Positions 9,092-18,114 of a stretch of 64,000 nt of DNA are shown in pieces. A model generated the notes under the pieces. That model was not told where the DNA came from, did no database searches, and saw only the letters and a list, made by a program, of their open reading frames with translations. Position 1 is the stretch's first letter, and the number at the start of each line of letters is the position of its first letter. The DNA comes from Candidatus Latescibacterota bacterium (lineage in GTDB: Bacteria; Latescibacterota; UBA2968; UBA8231), in assembly GCA_965261395.1 (NCBI GenBank), contig OZ253462.1, forward strand, positions 6,304,001 to 6,368,000, written 5' to 3'. The translations under genes were made by a program, and so were the position numbers.

Positions 9092-10198
9092 CTACTGCCC
9101 CGGACCCAAGAGCCGTTCCATGTTGCCGCCGAGGATTGCCGCCATTTCGGATTCGCCGATGAACGGGCAGTAGCGCCGCACGTAGTCGAGGCTCTGGCGG
9201 TAGGTCCAGTGCAGCAGCACGATGGGGAGGTCCGTCCCCCACAGGATGCGCTCGGTGCCGATGCGTTCGACCATCTGCTCTAGGACGGGCCGCATCTGTG
9301 GCATGGGGTAGTCCCAGCGCGACTGCAGGAACACGGCGAAGAGGATCTGGATGTGGAAGCGCGGGTGGCCGATGGGTGCCGCCTCGTAAACCGCGTCGGG
9401 CACGTGGAGCCGGTCGCTGTCGGCGAACATCCGCCAGGGGAAGCCGTGGGTCATGACCACATCGACGTCGGGGAAGCGGTCCATCCAAGAGCGCAGCGCG
9501 CGCAACTCGTCGAGGTAGGCGGCGGGCGATCCGGCTGCGCCGAGGGTGAAGAACACGGGAATTTCCAACTCGGCCACAGCCGCCCACAAAGGGTCGAAGT
9601 CAGGGCCGGTCCACTCGGGGGAGAGGTCGTAGAGGGACCGGTGGAAGGGCATGAACTGCAGGCCCGACAGACCGTGGTCGCCAATCGCCCGTTGTAGCTT
9701 GCCGATGGCGTCGTCCGTCCTGCTGGGGAACCACCATTCGGGTACGTGGGCTAGACCTTGGATCCGCCCCGGGTGGCGCTGGCAGCAGTCGGCGATGTAG
9801 CCGTCATTGAGACCCATGTACGGAGTGCGGTGCAGGAGCGCCCGATCAATGCCGGCGTAGTCCATCTCCGCCACTAGGCTGTCGGCGGGGAAGGCAAAGT
9901 CCACCGTCCACGGCGGCAGGGCCTGCTTCACGTAGTCTTCTCCGTCTGTGGTCCACTCGACGAGGCCGTGGTTTCCGGTGCGGAAGGCGGCGTCCCGCAG
10001 GCCATCGAAGCGCCAGGGGCGATCGGGATCGTAGAGGCCCGTGGCGTCGGCCGGGGCGCGGTCGGCGCGCCGCCAGCAGGGCTGCTGCCGGGCTTGGGCC
10101 ATGAACAGTTGCAGGTGCCGCCAGAACTCGGCGGGGTCGGCGAAGCCCCCGTTGCGGCCCGGCGGCGGGAAGCAATAGGCGTGTCCATCGTAGATCAT
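9092..10198 (-). CDS. Amidohydrolase family protein (Amidohydro_2)
   Basis: DGHAY, EMDYAGIDRA, MTHG, RILWGTDLP, ILGGN. Confidence 0.9.
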   Translation of the reverse strand: MIYDGHAYCFPPPGRNGGFADPAEFWRHLQLFMAQARQQPCWRRADRAPADATGLYDPDRPWRFDGLRDAAFRTGNHGLVEWTTDGEDYVKQALPPWTVDFAFPADSLVAEMDYAGIDRALLHRTPYMGLNDGYIADCCQRHPGRIQGLAHVPEWWFPSRTDDAIGKLQRAIGDHGLSGLQFMPFHRSLYDLSPEWTGPDFDPLWAAVAELEIPVFFTLGAAGSPAAYLDELRALRSWMDRFPDVDVVMTHGFPWRMFADSDRLHVPDAVYEAAPIGHPRFHIQILFAVFLQSRWDYPMPQMRPVLEQMVERIGTERILWGTDLPIVLLHWTYRQSLDYVRRYCPFIGESEMAAILGGNMERLLGPGQ

Positions 10199-10288
10199 GG
10201 TGTTGTCCTCGGAAGGTCGTCAGCAGGGCGAGAGTTGGAACGGTTGAAATATTACGGAGCAGGCCGACCATTGACAAAGGAGAAATAG

Positions 10289-11593
10289 ATGATGAGCCAG
10301 CGTAGCGCACTTTCGAGGTTTATCGGCATTCCGTTGCATTGGCAGATCGCCATGGCCCTCGCCCTCGCTGCATTAGTAGGCTGGCTGGGCGACGAGCATA
10401 CGACGCTGTTCGGCGCGTCGCTGGTGGAAGTTTTTGGCTTCTTCGGCAGCTTGTTCCTCAACGCGCTGAAAATGATCGTGGTGCCGCTGATTCTGTCTTC
10501 GATCATTGTTGGCGTCCGCAACATGGCGAGCCAGAAAGCCTTTGGACGCATCGGCGGAAAGACGGTGGCCTTTTACGTGGGTACTGGACTCCTGTCGGCT
10601 TTCACTGGTCTCGTTTTCGTGAATCTCATAGCGCCCGGCGAGACGGAGTCGGCGCGGGCGTTGGGCATTGCGCTGCCAGACCCGGCGCAAGTCATGGACA
10701 AGGTAGAGGGGCGCGGCATACGCGATCTGGTTGAGGTCCTCAAGCGCACGATACCGTCCAACATCTTCGCGGCGGCGCTAGAGGTTCAACTGTTGGCGCT
10801 GGTATTCGTGGGGGTCGTGTTCGGGTATTTCATGTCGCGGCTGAACGGGCCGGCGGGCGACACCCTGCAGCAGTTCTGGGTCGGCTTGCACGACCTCATG
10901 ATCCTGATCACGATGTGGATCATGAGGTTTGCTCCCATCGGCGCGTTTGCGCTGGTGGGCAAGACGTTGCTCGTCTCTGGCTTTGCCGCGCTTGAAGCGT
11001 TGGGCCTGTTCTTCCTGACCGTATTGCTGGCGCTGGCGGTGCATTTTGCCGTCTGGTTGCCGCTGCTGCTGCGCTTGGTTGCCGGCATCAGTCCATACGC
11101 CTACTACGCCAAGATCGCGCCGGCGCAATTGACCGCGTTTTCGACCGCGTCGTCTTCGGCGACCTTGCCGGTGACCATCAACAGCGCCGAACAGGCCGGC
11201 ATCTCCAACCGCGTGACCAGCTTTGTCCTGCCGTTGGGGGCGACGGTGAACATGGACGGCACGGCACTGTACGAGTGCGTGGTGGTGGTGTTTATCGCCC
11301 AAGTGTACGCGTTTGCGTCTGGCGTGGATTTTGGCATTGCGGAGCAGATGATCGTCGTATTGCTCGCCTTGCTCACGTCGATCGGCGTGGCGGGCATCCC
11401 CGCTTCCAGCTTGGTCGCCATCGCGCTGATCCTGCCGGCGGTCGGCCTGCCGGTGGAAGCCATCGCCATCGTCCTGGCCGTTGATCGCCTGCTCGATATG
11501 TGCCGCACGACCGTCAACGTGACCGGCGATCTGGTGGTCACGGCACTGGTGGCGCGCACAGAAGGTGAAGACTTGCCGGATGTCCGGGCTTGA
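10289..11593 (+). CDS. Dicarboxylate/amino acid:cation symporter (DAACS, GltP-like)
   Basis: FLNALKMIVVPL, AFSTASSSATLP, LPLGATVNMDGTALY, DRLLDMCRTTVNVTGD. Confidence 0.95.
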   Translation: MMSQRSALSRFIGIPLHWQIAMALALAALVGWLGDEHTTLFGASLVEVFGFFGSLFLNALKMIVVPLILSSIIVGVRNMASQKAFGRIGGKTVAFYVGTGLLSAFTGLVFVNLIAPGETESARALGIALPDPAQVMDKVEGRGIRDLVEVLKRTIPSNIFAAALEVQLLALVFVGVVFGYFMSRLNGPAGDTLQQFWVGLHDLMILITMWIMRFAPIGAFALVGKTLLVSGFAALEALGLFFLTVLLALAVHFAVWLPLLLRLVAGISPYAYYAKIAPAQLTAFSTASSSATLPVTINSAEQAGISNRVTSFVLPLGATVNMDGTALYECVVVVFIAQVYAFASGVDFGIAEQMIVVLLALLTSIGVAGIPASSLVAIALILPAVGLPVEAIAIVLAVDRLLDMCRTTVNVTGDLVVTALVARTEGEDLPDVRA

Positions 11594-11597
11594 TGGG

Positions 11598-13112
11598 CTA
11601 CAAAATGCCCACGCGCTCGCTTTGGGCGTCTTCCAACATGCCTTTGGCTGCTACGAGATTGAGCTGGCCCACTTCCTCGGGCGTCAGGTCTGGCAACCGG
11701 TCCACCAGTCCCATAAAACGCTCGACCTCGGTTTCCTCTACGAGTCCCTCGGTTAGTACGGCTAGCTTGTCGATGTAGTCTGGTCGCGCAAAGGGTCGGG
11801 CACCGAGGTAGTGGGCATTGGGGTTGTCGAGGCGTTCGGCGATCTGAGTGCCGTCGGCGAGGCTAACCACGACTTGGGCACCGAACTTCTTGTGGTCGGG
11901 ATCTGGATGGTGATAGGCTTGGGTCCACTCGGCGACTTCTGCGGTGCGGATCTTGTGCCACAGCGCGACGGTCGAGGGGCGGTGGGCGCGCTCCGAGGTA
12001 TAGGAACGCACGTGGTGCCAAGCGCCGTCCTCCGAGGCGACGGCGAGGATGTACATGGCGCTGTGGTCGAGGGTCTCGCGCGAGGCGTCTGGATCCATTT
12101 TTTGCGGGTCGTTGGCCCCCGTGCCGATCACGTAGTGCGTGTGATGGCTGGTGCGGATTACGACGTCTTCCACTTGGTCTAGGTCTATATGATGGGCGTG
12201 TAACCGGAAGCCGAGATCGATCAGGGCTTGGGCCTGATATTCAGCGGAGTGCTCCTTGGTGTAGGAGCGCAGGATGGCGCGCATCCTTGCGCCGGGATCG
12301 GGCAGGGGGACGGAGTATTCGGCGTCTGGCCCGGACAGCATGTAGGCGATGACGGCGTCGCGGCCCTCGTAGATGGGTGACGGTGCCCGCTCGCCGAGGC
12401 GCGCCCGGCCCACGGCTTCAATGGCGATCTTGTTGGCTTGGGCTGGGGCGTAGGCCTTCCACGAGGTGATGTCCCCTTTGCGCGACTGGCGGGTGGCGCA
12501 GGCTAGGTGCAGGCTCTGGTTGATGGCTTGGTAGATTTGTTCGGCTGGCATCTGGAGCATGGTCCCTAGCCCGGCGGCCACGGCCGGGGCGAGGTGGGCG
12601 ACGTGGTCGATCTTGTGCTCGTGCAAGCAAATGCCCGTCACCAGCGCCATTTGCACCTCATAGGCCGTGAGTATGCCCAAGGTCAGCGCGTGGCCGTTGG
12701 CACCTGTTTGCTGGGCGGCGGCTAAGAGGCCGGGGATATTGTCGCCGGGATGTGAGTAGTCGGCGGCGAGGTAGGTGTCGTGCATGTCGAGTTCGCGCAC
12801 GGCAACTCCATTGGCCAAGGCCGCCCACTCGCAGTGGAAGCTGCGGTCGTTGGTCACGCCAAAGAGGCGAGCGCCGCTGTTGTGGGGATGGGGGTAGCCG
12901 AGGGCGAGGAGGCGGGCGTTGCGCACCGGCGGTCGGTTGATCGCGGCTAAGGCGACTGCGGCGTTGTCGATGACGCGATTGCCGATCATCTCGGCGACAT
13001 CCGCGTCGAACGCTTGATTGTGGGCGGCGAGTTGGGCCAGCTTCCAAGCCAATTGCTCTTCGCGCGGGAGGACGGTACCGTCTGGGTGGGTCTTGACGAT
13101 GTGGTTTTGCAT
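11598..13112 (-). CDS. prpD: 2-methylcitrate dehydratase (MmgE/PrpD family)
   Basis: VRELDMHDTYLAADYSHPGDNI, HKIDHVAH, RQSRKGDITSWK, KEHSAEYQAQ, RETLDHS. Confidence 0.9.
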   Translation of the reverse strand: MQNHIVKTHPDGTVLPREEQLAWKLAQLAAHNQAFDADVAEMIGNRVIDNAAVALAAINRPPVRNARLLALGYPHPHNSGARLFGVTNDRSFHCEWAALANGVAVRELDMHDTYLAADYSHPGDNIPGLLAAAQQTGANGHALTLGILTAYEVQMALVTGICLHEHKIDHVAHLAPAVAAGLGTMLQMPAEQIYQAINQSLHLACATRQSRKGDITSWKAYAPAQANKIAIEAVGRARLGERAPSPIYEGRDAVIAYMLSGPDAEYSVPLPDPGARMRAILRSYTKEHSAEYQAQALIDLGFRLHAHHIDLDQVEDVVIRTSHHTHYVIGTGANDPQKMDPDASRETLDHSAMYILAVASEDGAWHHVRSYTSERAHRPSTVALWHKIRTAEVAEWTQAYHHPDPDHKKFGAQVVVSLADGTQIAERLDNPNAHYLGARPFARPDYIDKLAVLTEGLVEETEVERFMGLVDRLPDLTPEEVGQLNLVAAKGMLEDAQSERVGIL

Positions 13113-13197
13113 GACCTGCTTCCGTTATTGGTGAGATTGGGAAAGTCAAATAATAGGGTCTGTCGCCGCGGACGGACAATCGCAAGGAGGAGAGGAT

Positions 13198-14142
13198 ATG
13201 AAAGTCTTGATGCAGATGGATTTAGCTGAGGAGTTGATAGAGCAGATTCAGCAGGTGGCCGAGGAAGTGGAAGTGGTGCGCGTGGACTCGGATGCGGCGG
13301 CCTTGGCAGCTATGCCGGAGATCGAGGTCGTCTGCGGGCATGTCAGCCGGGAGATGTTCGCGCGGCGGAAAAAGCTCAAGTGGATGCAGAGTTGGGGGGC
13401 GGGGGTAGATGGATTGCTGCACCCCGAACTGGTCGAGAGCGATGTGGTGTTGTGCAGTGCCAAGGGGCGGGTGGGGGTGCATCTGGCCGAACATGCGATG
13501 GCGTTGTTGCTCGGGCTGACGCGGGGGATCCACACGGCCGTGCGCCATCCGGGCTGGGATCAGCGCTGGCCGATTCGCGCCGCGTCGTGGGAACTGGTTG
13601 AGCAGACGATGGGCATTGTGGGATTGGGAGGGACTGGGAGGGAGTTGGCGCAGCGGGCGAGGGCGTTCGGGATGCGTATTGTCGCGGTGGACCCAGAGAA
13701 GGTCGCCGTGCCGGCAGCAGTGGAAGCTTGCTGGGGGATGGATCAGTTCCACGCGCTGCTGGAACAATCCGACGTGGTGGCGATTTGCGCGCCGCTGACC
13801 GCGGAGACCGAGGGACTATTCGACCAAGAGGCGTTTGCGCGGATGCGGAGCCATGCGCTGTTGATCAACGTCACGCGGGGGCGGATCGTCGATGAGCAGG
13901 CCTTGCTAGCGGCGCTTGCCGCAGGGCAGATCGGCGGGGCGGGGTTGGACGTAGTGCCGCAGGAGCCCCTGCCCGAGGATCACCCGCTGTGGCGGATGGA
14001 CAACGTGCTGATCACGCCGCATACGGCTGGGGGGTCACCCAACCGCGACAGTAGATGCGTGGCACTGTTTTGCGAGAATTTGCGGCGCTACTTGGCGGGG
14101 GAGGCGTTGCTTAGTGTGATCGACAAGCGCAAGGGGTATTGA
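13198..14142 (+). CDS. D-2-hydroxyacid dehydrogenase family
   Basis: GAGVD, GIVGLGGTG, PLTAET, LINVTRG, GAGLDV..QEPLP, ITPHTAG. Confidence 0.95.
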   Translation: MKVLMQMDLAEELIEQIQQVAEEVEVVRVDSDAAALAAMPEIEVVCGHVSREMFARRKKLKWMQSWGAGVDGLLHPELVESDVVLCSAKGRVGVHLAEHAMALLLGLTRGIHTAVRHPGWDQRWPIRAASWELVEQTMGIVGLGGTGRELAQRARAFGMRIVAVDPEKVAVPAAVEACWGMDQFHALLEQSDVVAICAPLTAETEGLFDQEAFARMRSHALLINVTRGRIVDEQALLAALAAGQIGGAGLDVVPQEPLPEDHPLWRMDNVLITPHTAGGSPNRDSRCVALFCENLRRYLAGEALLSVIDKRKGY

Positions 14143-14143
14143 A
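14103..14143 (+). repeat. Direct repeat copy 1 (3' end of dehydrogenase gene); copy 2 at 20338..20378
   Basis: 37/41 identical; last 26 bp GATCGACAAGCGCAAGGGGTATTGAA identical. Confidence 0.85.
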
Positions 14144-14231
14144 GCTACAATGCGCCGAAAACGGCGATAGCGGTAAAGTTGTGAAAAAGACGGGTCTTGG
14201 CGAATATTGGGTCATGCCTACCGGGAGTGAC

Positions 14232-15215
14232 ATGATCCGTTTGGGGTGCTGCGGTGCATGGGCCGCGATGCTGTGGGCCACGCTCGCTGTGGTCGATGCC
14301 GCCGATACCAGCGAGGCGCTGGGGGACCGCTATATGGCGGAGGGACGCTATCGACTGGCGGCGCAGGCCTTTGAACAGGCCGTGCAGTCTCAGCCCGAAT
14401 CGGCGGAGCGCCGCCGCAAGCTGGCCGCCGCCTACGCCAAGGACCAACAATTGGCCGAGGCAGTCGCCGCCTATCAAGAGGCGATCGCCCTGCGGACCGA
14501 TTACGCCAAGGCACGCACCGAGTTGGCTATTTTGCTGACTCGTCTCGACCGCCACGACGAGGCGGTGGCGACACTCGGAAAGGCGATTGAACTCAGTCCC
14601 GATTACGCGTGGGCGCATCTATCGCTGGGACAACTCCACTTCAGCAAGGGGAACTACGATTCAGCACAAGTCGCCTATCGCCGCGCCCTCGCCGCCAAAG
14701 GCGACTACGGCGAGGCCTGGTACCATCTCGGTGAAGTCCAGCGCAAACTGAACGACTACGCCGCTGCCGAGCGGGCGTATCGCCAGGCCCTCGCCGCCGA
14801 CTCGACGAAGAATACGCTGCTGACAACGCCCGACCAAGCGGCAGTCTATCACGATCTGGGCATGATTTATTCACGTCGCGGCCAGTACGAACAAGCCCAA
14901 ATTCACTATATGCAGGCGATTTCTCGGGACACCTTGTTTGCGCCCTCGTACCACAATCTAGGCAATATCCAGTTGCGGCAAGGGCGGTTTGAAGCGGCGC
15001 TTGACCTATTCCGCCGTGCCCTACAGGCGGATTCCACCTATGTGTTGTCCTATTTGGCGCTGGGTAACGTACAGATGCGGCTCCGGCAAGTGCCTCTGGC
15101 GCTGGCAAGCTATCTCCAGGGGTTGCGATTTGCCCCGGACGATCTGCAGCTCAAGCGCAACGCCGCGCTGGCTCGGCGGATCCTCGCTACCGCCCAACAG
15201 CAGGAGGCTCCGTGA
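14232..15215 (+). CDS. Tetratricopeptide repeat protein, probably exported
   Basis: Multiple TPR units (A...Y..A...P.YA.A...LG); hydrophobic N-terminus; GGGAG before ATG 14232. Confidence 0.9.
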   Translation: MIRLGCCGAWAAMLWATLAVVDAADTSEALGDRYMAEGRYRLAAQAFEQAVQSQPESAERRRKLAAAYAKDQQLAEAVAAYQEAIALRTDYAKARTELAILLTRLDRHDEAVATLGKAIELSPDYAWAHLSLGQLHFSKGNYDSAQVAYRRALAAKGDYGEAWYHLGEVQRKLNDYAAAERAYRQALAADSTKNTLLTTPDQAAVYHDLGMIYSRRGQYEQAQIHYMQAISRDTLFAPSYHNLGNIQLRQGRFEAALDLFRRALQADSTYVLSYLALGNVQMRLRQVPLALASYLQGLRFAPDDLQLKRNAALARRILATAQQQEAP

Positions 15216-16882
15216 GGTCGTCGTGGCTGCGCGGTCGGTGGCGGTCGCTGGCGGGCATTGTTTGGCTGTCGGCGGTCAGTGGCGAGGCGGTGGGTGCTGC
15301 CGCACCTCGTTTCGTCGAGGTCACTGTGGAGGCAGGAATCGACTTCCGCTATATCAATGGGGCCAGTGGGGCCAAATACATGCTGGAGGCGGTGGGATCT
15401 GGGGCGGCTTTCTTCGACGGCGACGGCGACGGGTTCCTCGACTTGTATATCGTCAATGGCGCGGCTCTGCCCGGCTATGTGGGCCCAACCGGCTCCAATG
15501 CCTATTATCGCAACCGGGCGGACGGCGCGTTCGTCAATGCCACCGTAGAATCGGGGACGGGGGACGAGGCCTTTGGCATGGGGGCCGCCGTCGGCGATAT
15601 CGACGGCGATGGCGACCCCGACCTCTATGTCACCAATTATGGCCCCAACCGACTCTACGAAAACGATGGGCGTGCGGTCTTTGCCGATATCGCGCCCGAA
15701 CTTGGTGTAGCAGACTCGAGTTGGGGCACGCACGCGGCTTTTGCCGACTACGATGGCGATGGCGATCTTGACCTCTACGTGGCCAACTATATGGATTTTG
15801 ACCCAGCGCAGAATGTGGAGTGTTTCGCTGGTAAGGTGCGGTCGTATTGCGGGCCAACGACCTATCGAGGGCAAACAGGCGTCCTCTACCGCAACGACGG
15901 TGGGAGGTCGTTTGTCGAGGTGACGGCAGCAGCCGGTCTGCGCGACGATTCTGGTCGCCAGTTGGCGGCGGTCTTCGGCGATATTGACGGCGATGGCGAT
16001 CCCGACCTCTTCGTCGCCAACGACAAGAAGCCCAATTTCCTCTTTGTCAACAACGGCGACGGCACCTTCTCAGAAAGCGGTGCAGTGGCAGGGGTCGCCT
16101 ACAACGAAGAAGGCTTAGCCGAATCGGCGATGGGAGCCGATCTGGGCGACTACGACAACGACGGGCGGCTCGACATCATCGTCGCTACCTACCAGTGGCT
16201 GGCCAATACTCTCTACCACAACGACGGCGACGGCTTCTTCACCGACTTGACGTTCGCCGCCGGACTGGGCGTGGCGAGTGTGCCGTATCTTGGTATGACC
16301 GCGGCTTTCGTCGATTGCGACAACGACGGTTTCCTCGATGTCTTCGTTGCTAACGGCCATCTCGACGAGAATGTCGCCGAATACGACCCCTCCACCACCT
16401 ATCCGCAGCAAAACCAGTTGTTCCGCAACAGCGGCGACGGCTCCTTTGTCGAAGTCAGCGACCAGAGCGGACCGGGGATGCACGTCGCAAGGGTAAGTCA
16501 CGGAGCGATCTTCGGCGATTACGACAACGATGGCGATGTTGACTTTTTTATTTCCGACTCCGACACGCCCCATTGCACCCTGCTGCGCAACGACGGCGGC
16601 AACGCCAACCACTGGCTCAGGGTCCGCACCAAGGGCCGCCAGAGCAATCGGGAGGGCATCGGGGCTAGGGTGCGGGCGGTGGCTGGCGATCTGGTGCAGG
16701 TGCGGGAGGTCCGCGCTGGTTATGGCTATATGGGCAGCAACGACGTGCGATTGACCCTCGGGTTGGGCCAGTATGCGACCATCGATACGCTACAGGTCTT
16801 TTGGCCCAGCGGCGCGGTGCAGACGCTAGTGGGACTGGCCGCCGACCGGGAAATCGTCGTGGTGGAGGCGGCCGATCCATGA
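15212..16882 (+). CDS. CRTAC1/ASPIC-UnbV family FG-GAP repeat protein
   Basis: Repeated D.DGDGD.DL motifs; C-terminal SNREGIGARV...GLG...V.WPSG. Confidence 0.92.
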   Translation: MRSSWLRGRWRSLAGIVWLSAVSGEAVGAAAPRFVEVTVEAGIDFRYINGASGAKYMLEAVGSGAAFFDGDGDGFLDLYIVNGAALPGYVGPTGSNAYYRNRADGAFVNATVESGTGDEAFGMGAAVGDIDGDGDPDLYVTNYGPNRLYENDGRAVFADIAPELGVADSSWGTHAAFADYDGDGDLDLYVANYMDFDPAQNVECFAGKVRSYCGPTTYRGQTGVLYRNDGGRSFVEVTAAAGLRDDSGRQLAAVFGDIDGDGDPDLFVANDKKPNFLFVNNGDGTFSESGAVAGVAYNEEGLAESAMGADLGDYDNDGRLDIIVATYQWLANTLYHNDGDGFFTDLTFAAGLGVASVPYLGMTAAFVDCDNDGFLDVFVANGHLDENVAEYDPSTTYPQQNQLFRNSGDGSFVEVSDQSGPGMHVARVSHGAIFGDYDNDGDVDFFISDSDTPHCTLLRNDGGNANHWLRVRTKGRQSNREGIGARVRAVAGDLVQVREVRAGYGYMGSNDVRLTLGLGQYATIDTLQVFWPSGAVQTLVGLAADREIVVVEAADP

Positions 16883-18114
16883 GTGCATTAAAAAAATCTT
16901 GGCCGACCACCCACAAAGCAGAGGTCTACTGGCGAGATATTGCCGCTGGTTTTATGCATGCGCCCGACGAGTCCTATCTCAATACCGGCTCTTGGGGAGT
17001 GTTGCATCGTTCGGTTTTCGATGCCTTAGTCAAGGGGTTGGAAGAGTTGGAGGGCAATCCGACGCGCAACCGCGGCCGGCAGGTTGACCGCCTGAACCAA
17101 GCGCGGCGCGATCTGGGTGCCTTTATCAATGCCGCACCCGCCGACTTAGCTCTCACGACCAATGTCACCATTGCCATCAACCAAGTCGTCCACGGCCTCG
17201 ATTGGCAGCCCGGCGACGAGATTCTGGCTTCCGACCAAGAATACGGTGCCATCGACAACTGTCTGTACCACGCCGAGCGTCGCTATGGCGTGGTGGTGCG
17301 GCGAGCACCGATCTCTATCCCGCCCGCGGAACCCGAGCAAATCGTGGACTCTTTCCGCCGGGCGCTGACCGCGCGGACGCGGCTGTTATTGGTCAGTCAC
17401 GTGACGTCGCCTTCTGGGCTTATCACCCCGATCAAAGAGCTGGCCGAGCTGGCACACGCCCACGGCGCGATGATCGTTGTTGACGGGGCACATGCCCCAG
17501 GACAGATCCCGCTGGATTTGACCTCCTACGGCTGTGATTTTTACGGCGGCAATTGTCACAAGTGGCTCTGCGCGCCCAAGGGCACGGGGTTTTTGCACGC
17601 CCAGCCGCAAGTACAGGATAAGCTGCACCACATCGCCGTCAGTCATGGCTACGACAAAGACGGGCCCAAGCGCAATGATGCGGGGGCGCTCTGTATCAAT
17701 GGGCAGCCTTTTATGTGGCAGCTAACGGCCATCGGCACGCGCGATTTGTCCTGTTTCGGCGCAGTAGCCGAGGCGGTGGCCCTGCAAAACGAGATCGGCA
17801 AGGAGCAAATCGCTGCCCGCGGACGGCAGTTAGCCGGCTATTTGCGCCAGCGCATGGCCGAAACCGGCTGGGTCGAACCGCTTTCCTCGCCGCACCCAGA
17901 CCTCGCCAATTCGATTTCCACGTTTCGGCTCAAAGGCTTTGGTGCCACCAATCCCGGACAGCTCCTCTATGATAAATACCGGATCACGACCCCGGTTTGG
18001 GGCGAGGCCGAGCCGGGCTATACCCAGCGGGTTTCCACCCATATCTACAACAACTTTGGCGAAATTGACCGCATGATCGCGGCGCTGGACGAGATCAGAA
18101 CGGGAAGGGATTAG
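16879..18114 (+). CDS. Aminotransferase class V, PLP-dependent (isopenicillin N epimerase-like)
   Basis: YLNTGSWG, SHVTSPSG, VDGAHAPG, YGGNCHKWLCAPKGTG, RVSTHIYN; ATGA overlap with previous gene. Confidence 0.9.
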   Translation: MSALKKSWPTTHKAEVYWRDIAAGFMHAPDESYLNTGSWGVLHRSVFDALVKGLEELEGNPTRNRGRQVDRLNQARRDLGAFINAAPADLALTTNVTIAINQVVHGLDWQPGDEILASDQEYGAIDNCLYHAERRYGVVVRRAPISIPPAEPEQIVDSFRRALTARTRLLLVSHVTSPSGLITPIKELAELAHAHGAMIVVDGAHAPGQIPLDLTSYGCDFYGGNCHKWLCAPKGTGFLHAQPQVQDKLHHIAVSHGYDKDGPKRNDAGALCINGQPFMWQLTAIGTRDLSCFGAVAEAVALQNEIGKEQIAARGRQLAGYLRQRMAETGWVEPLSSPHPDLANSISTFRLKGFGATNPGQLLYDKYRITTPVWGEAEPGYTQRVSTHIYNNFGEIDRMIAALDEIRTGRD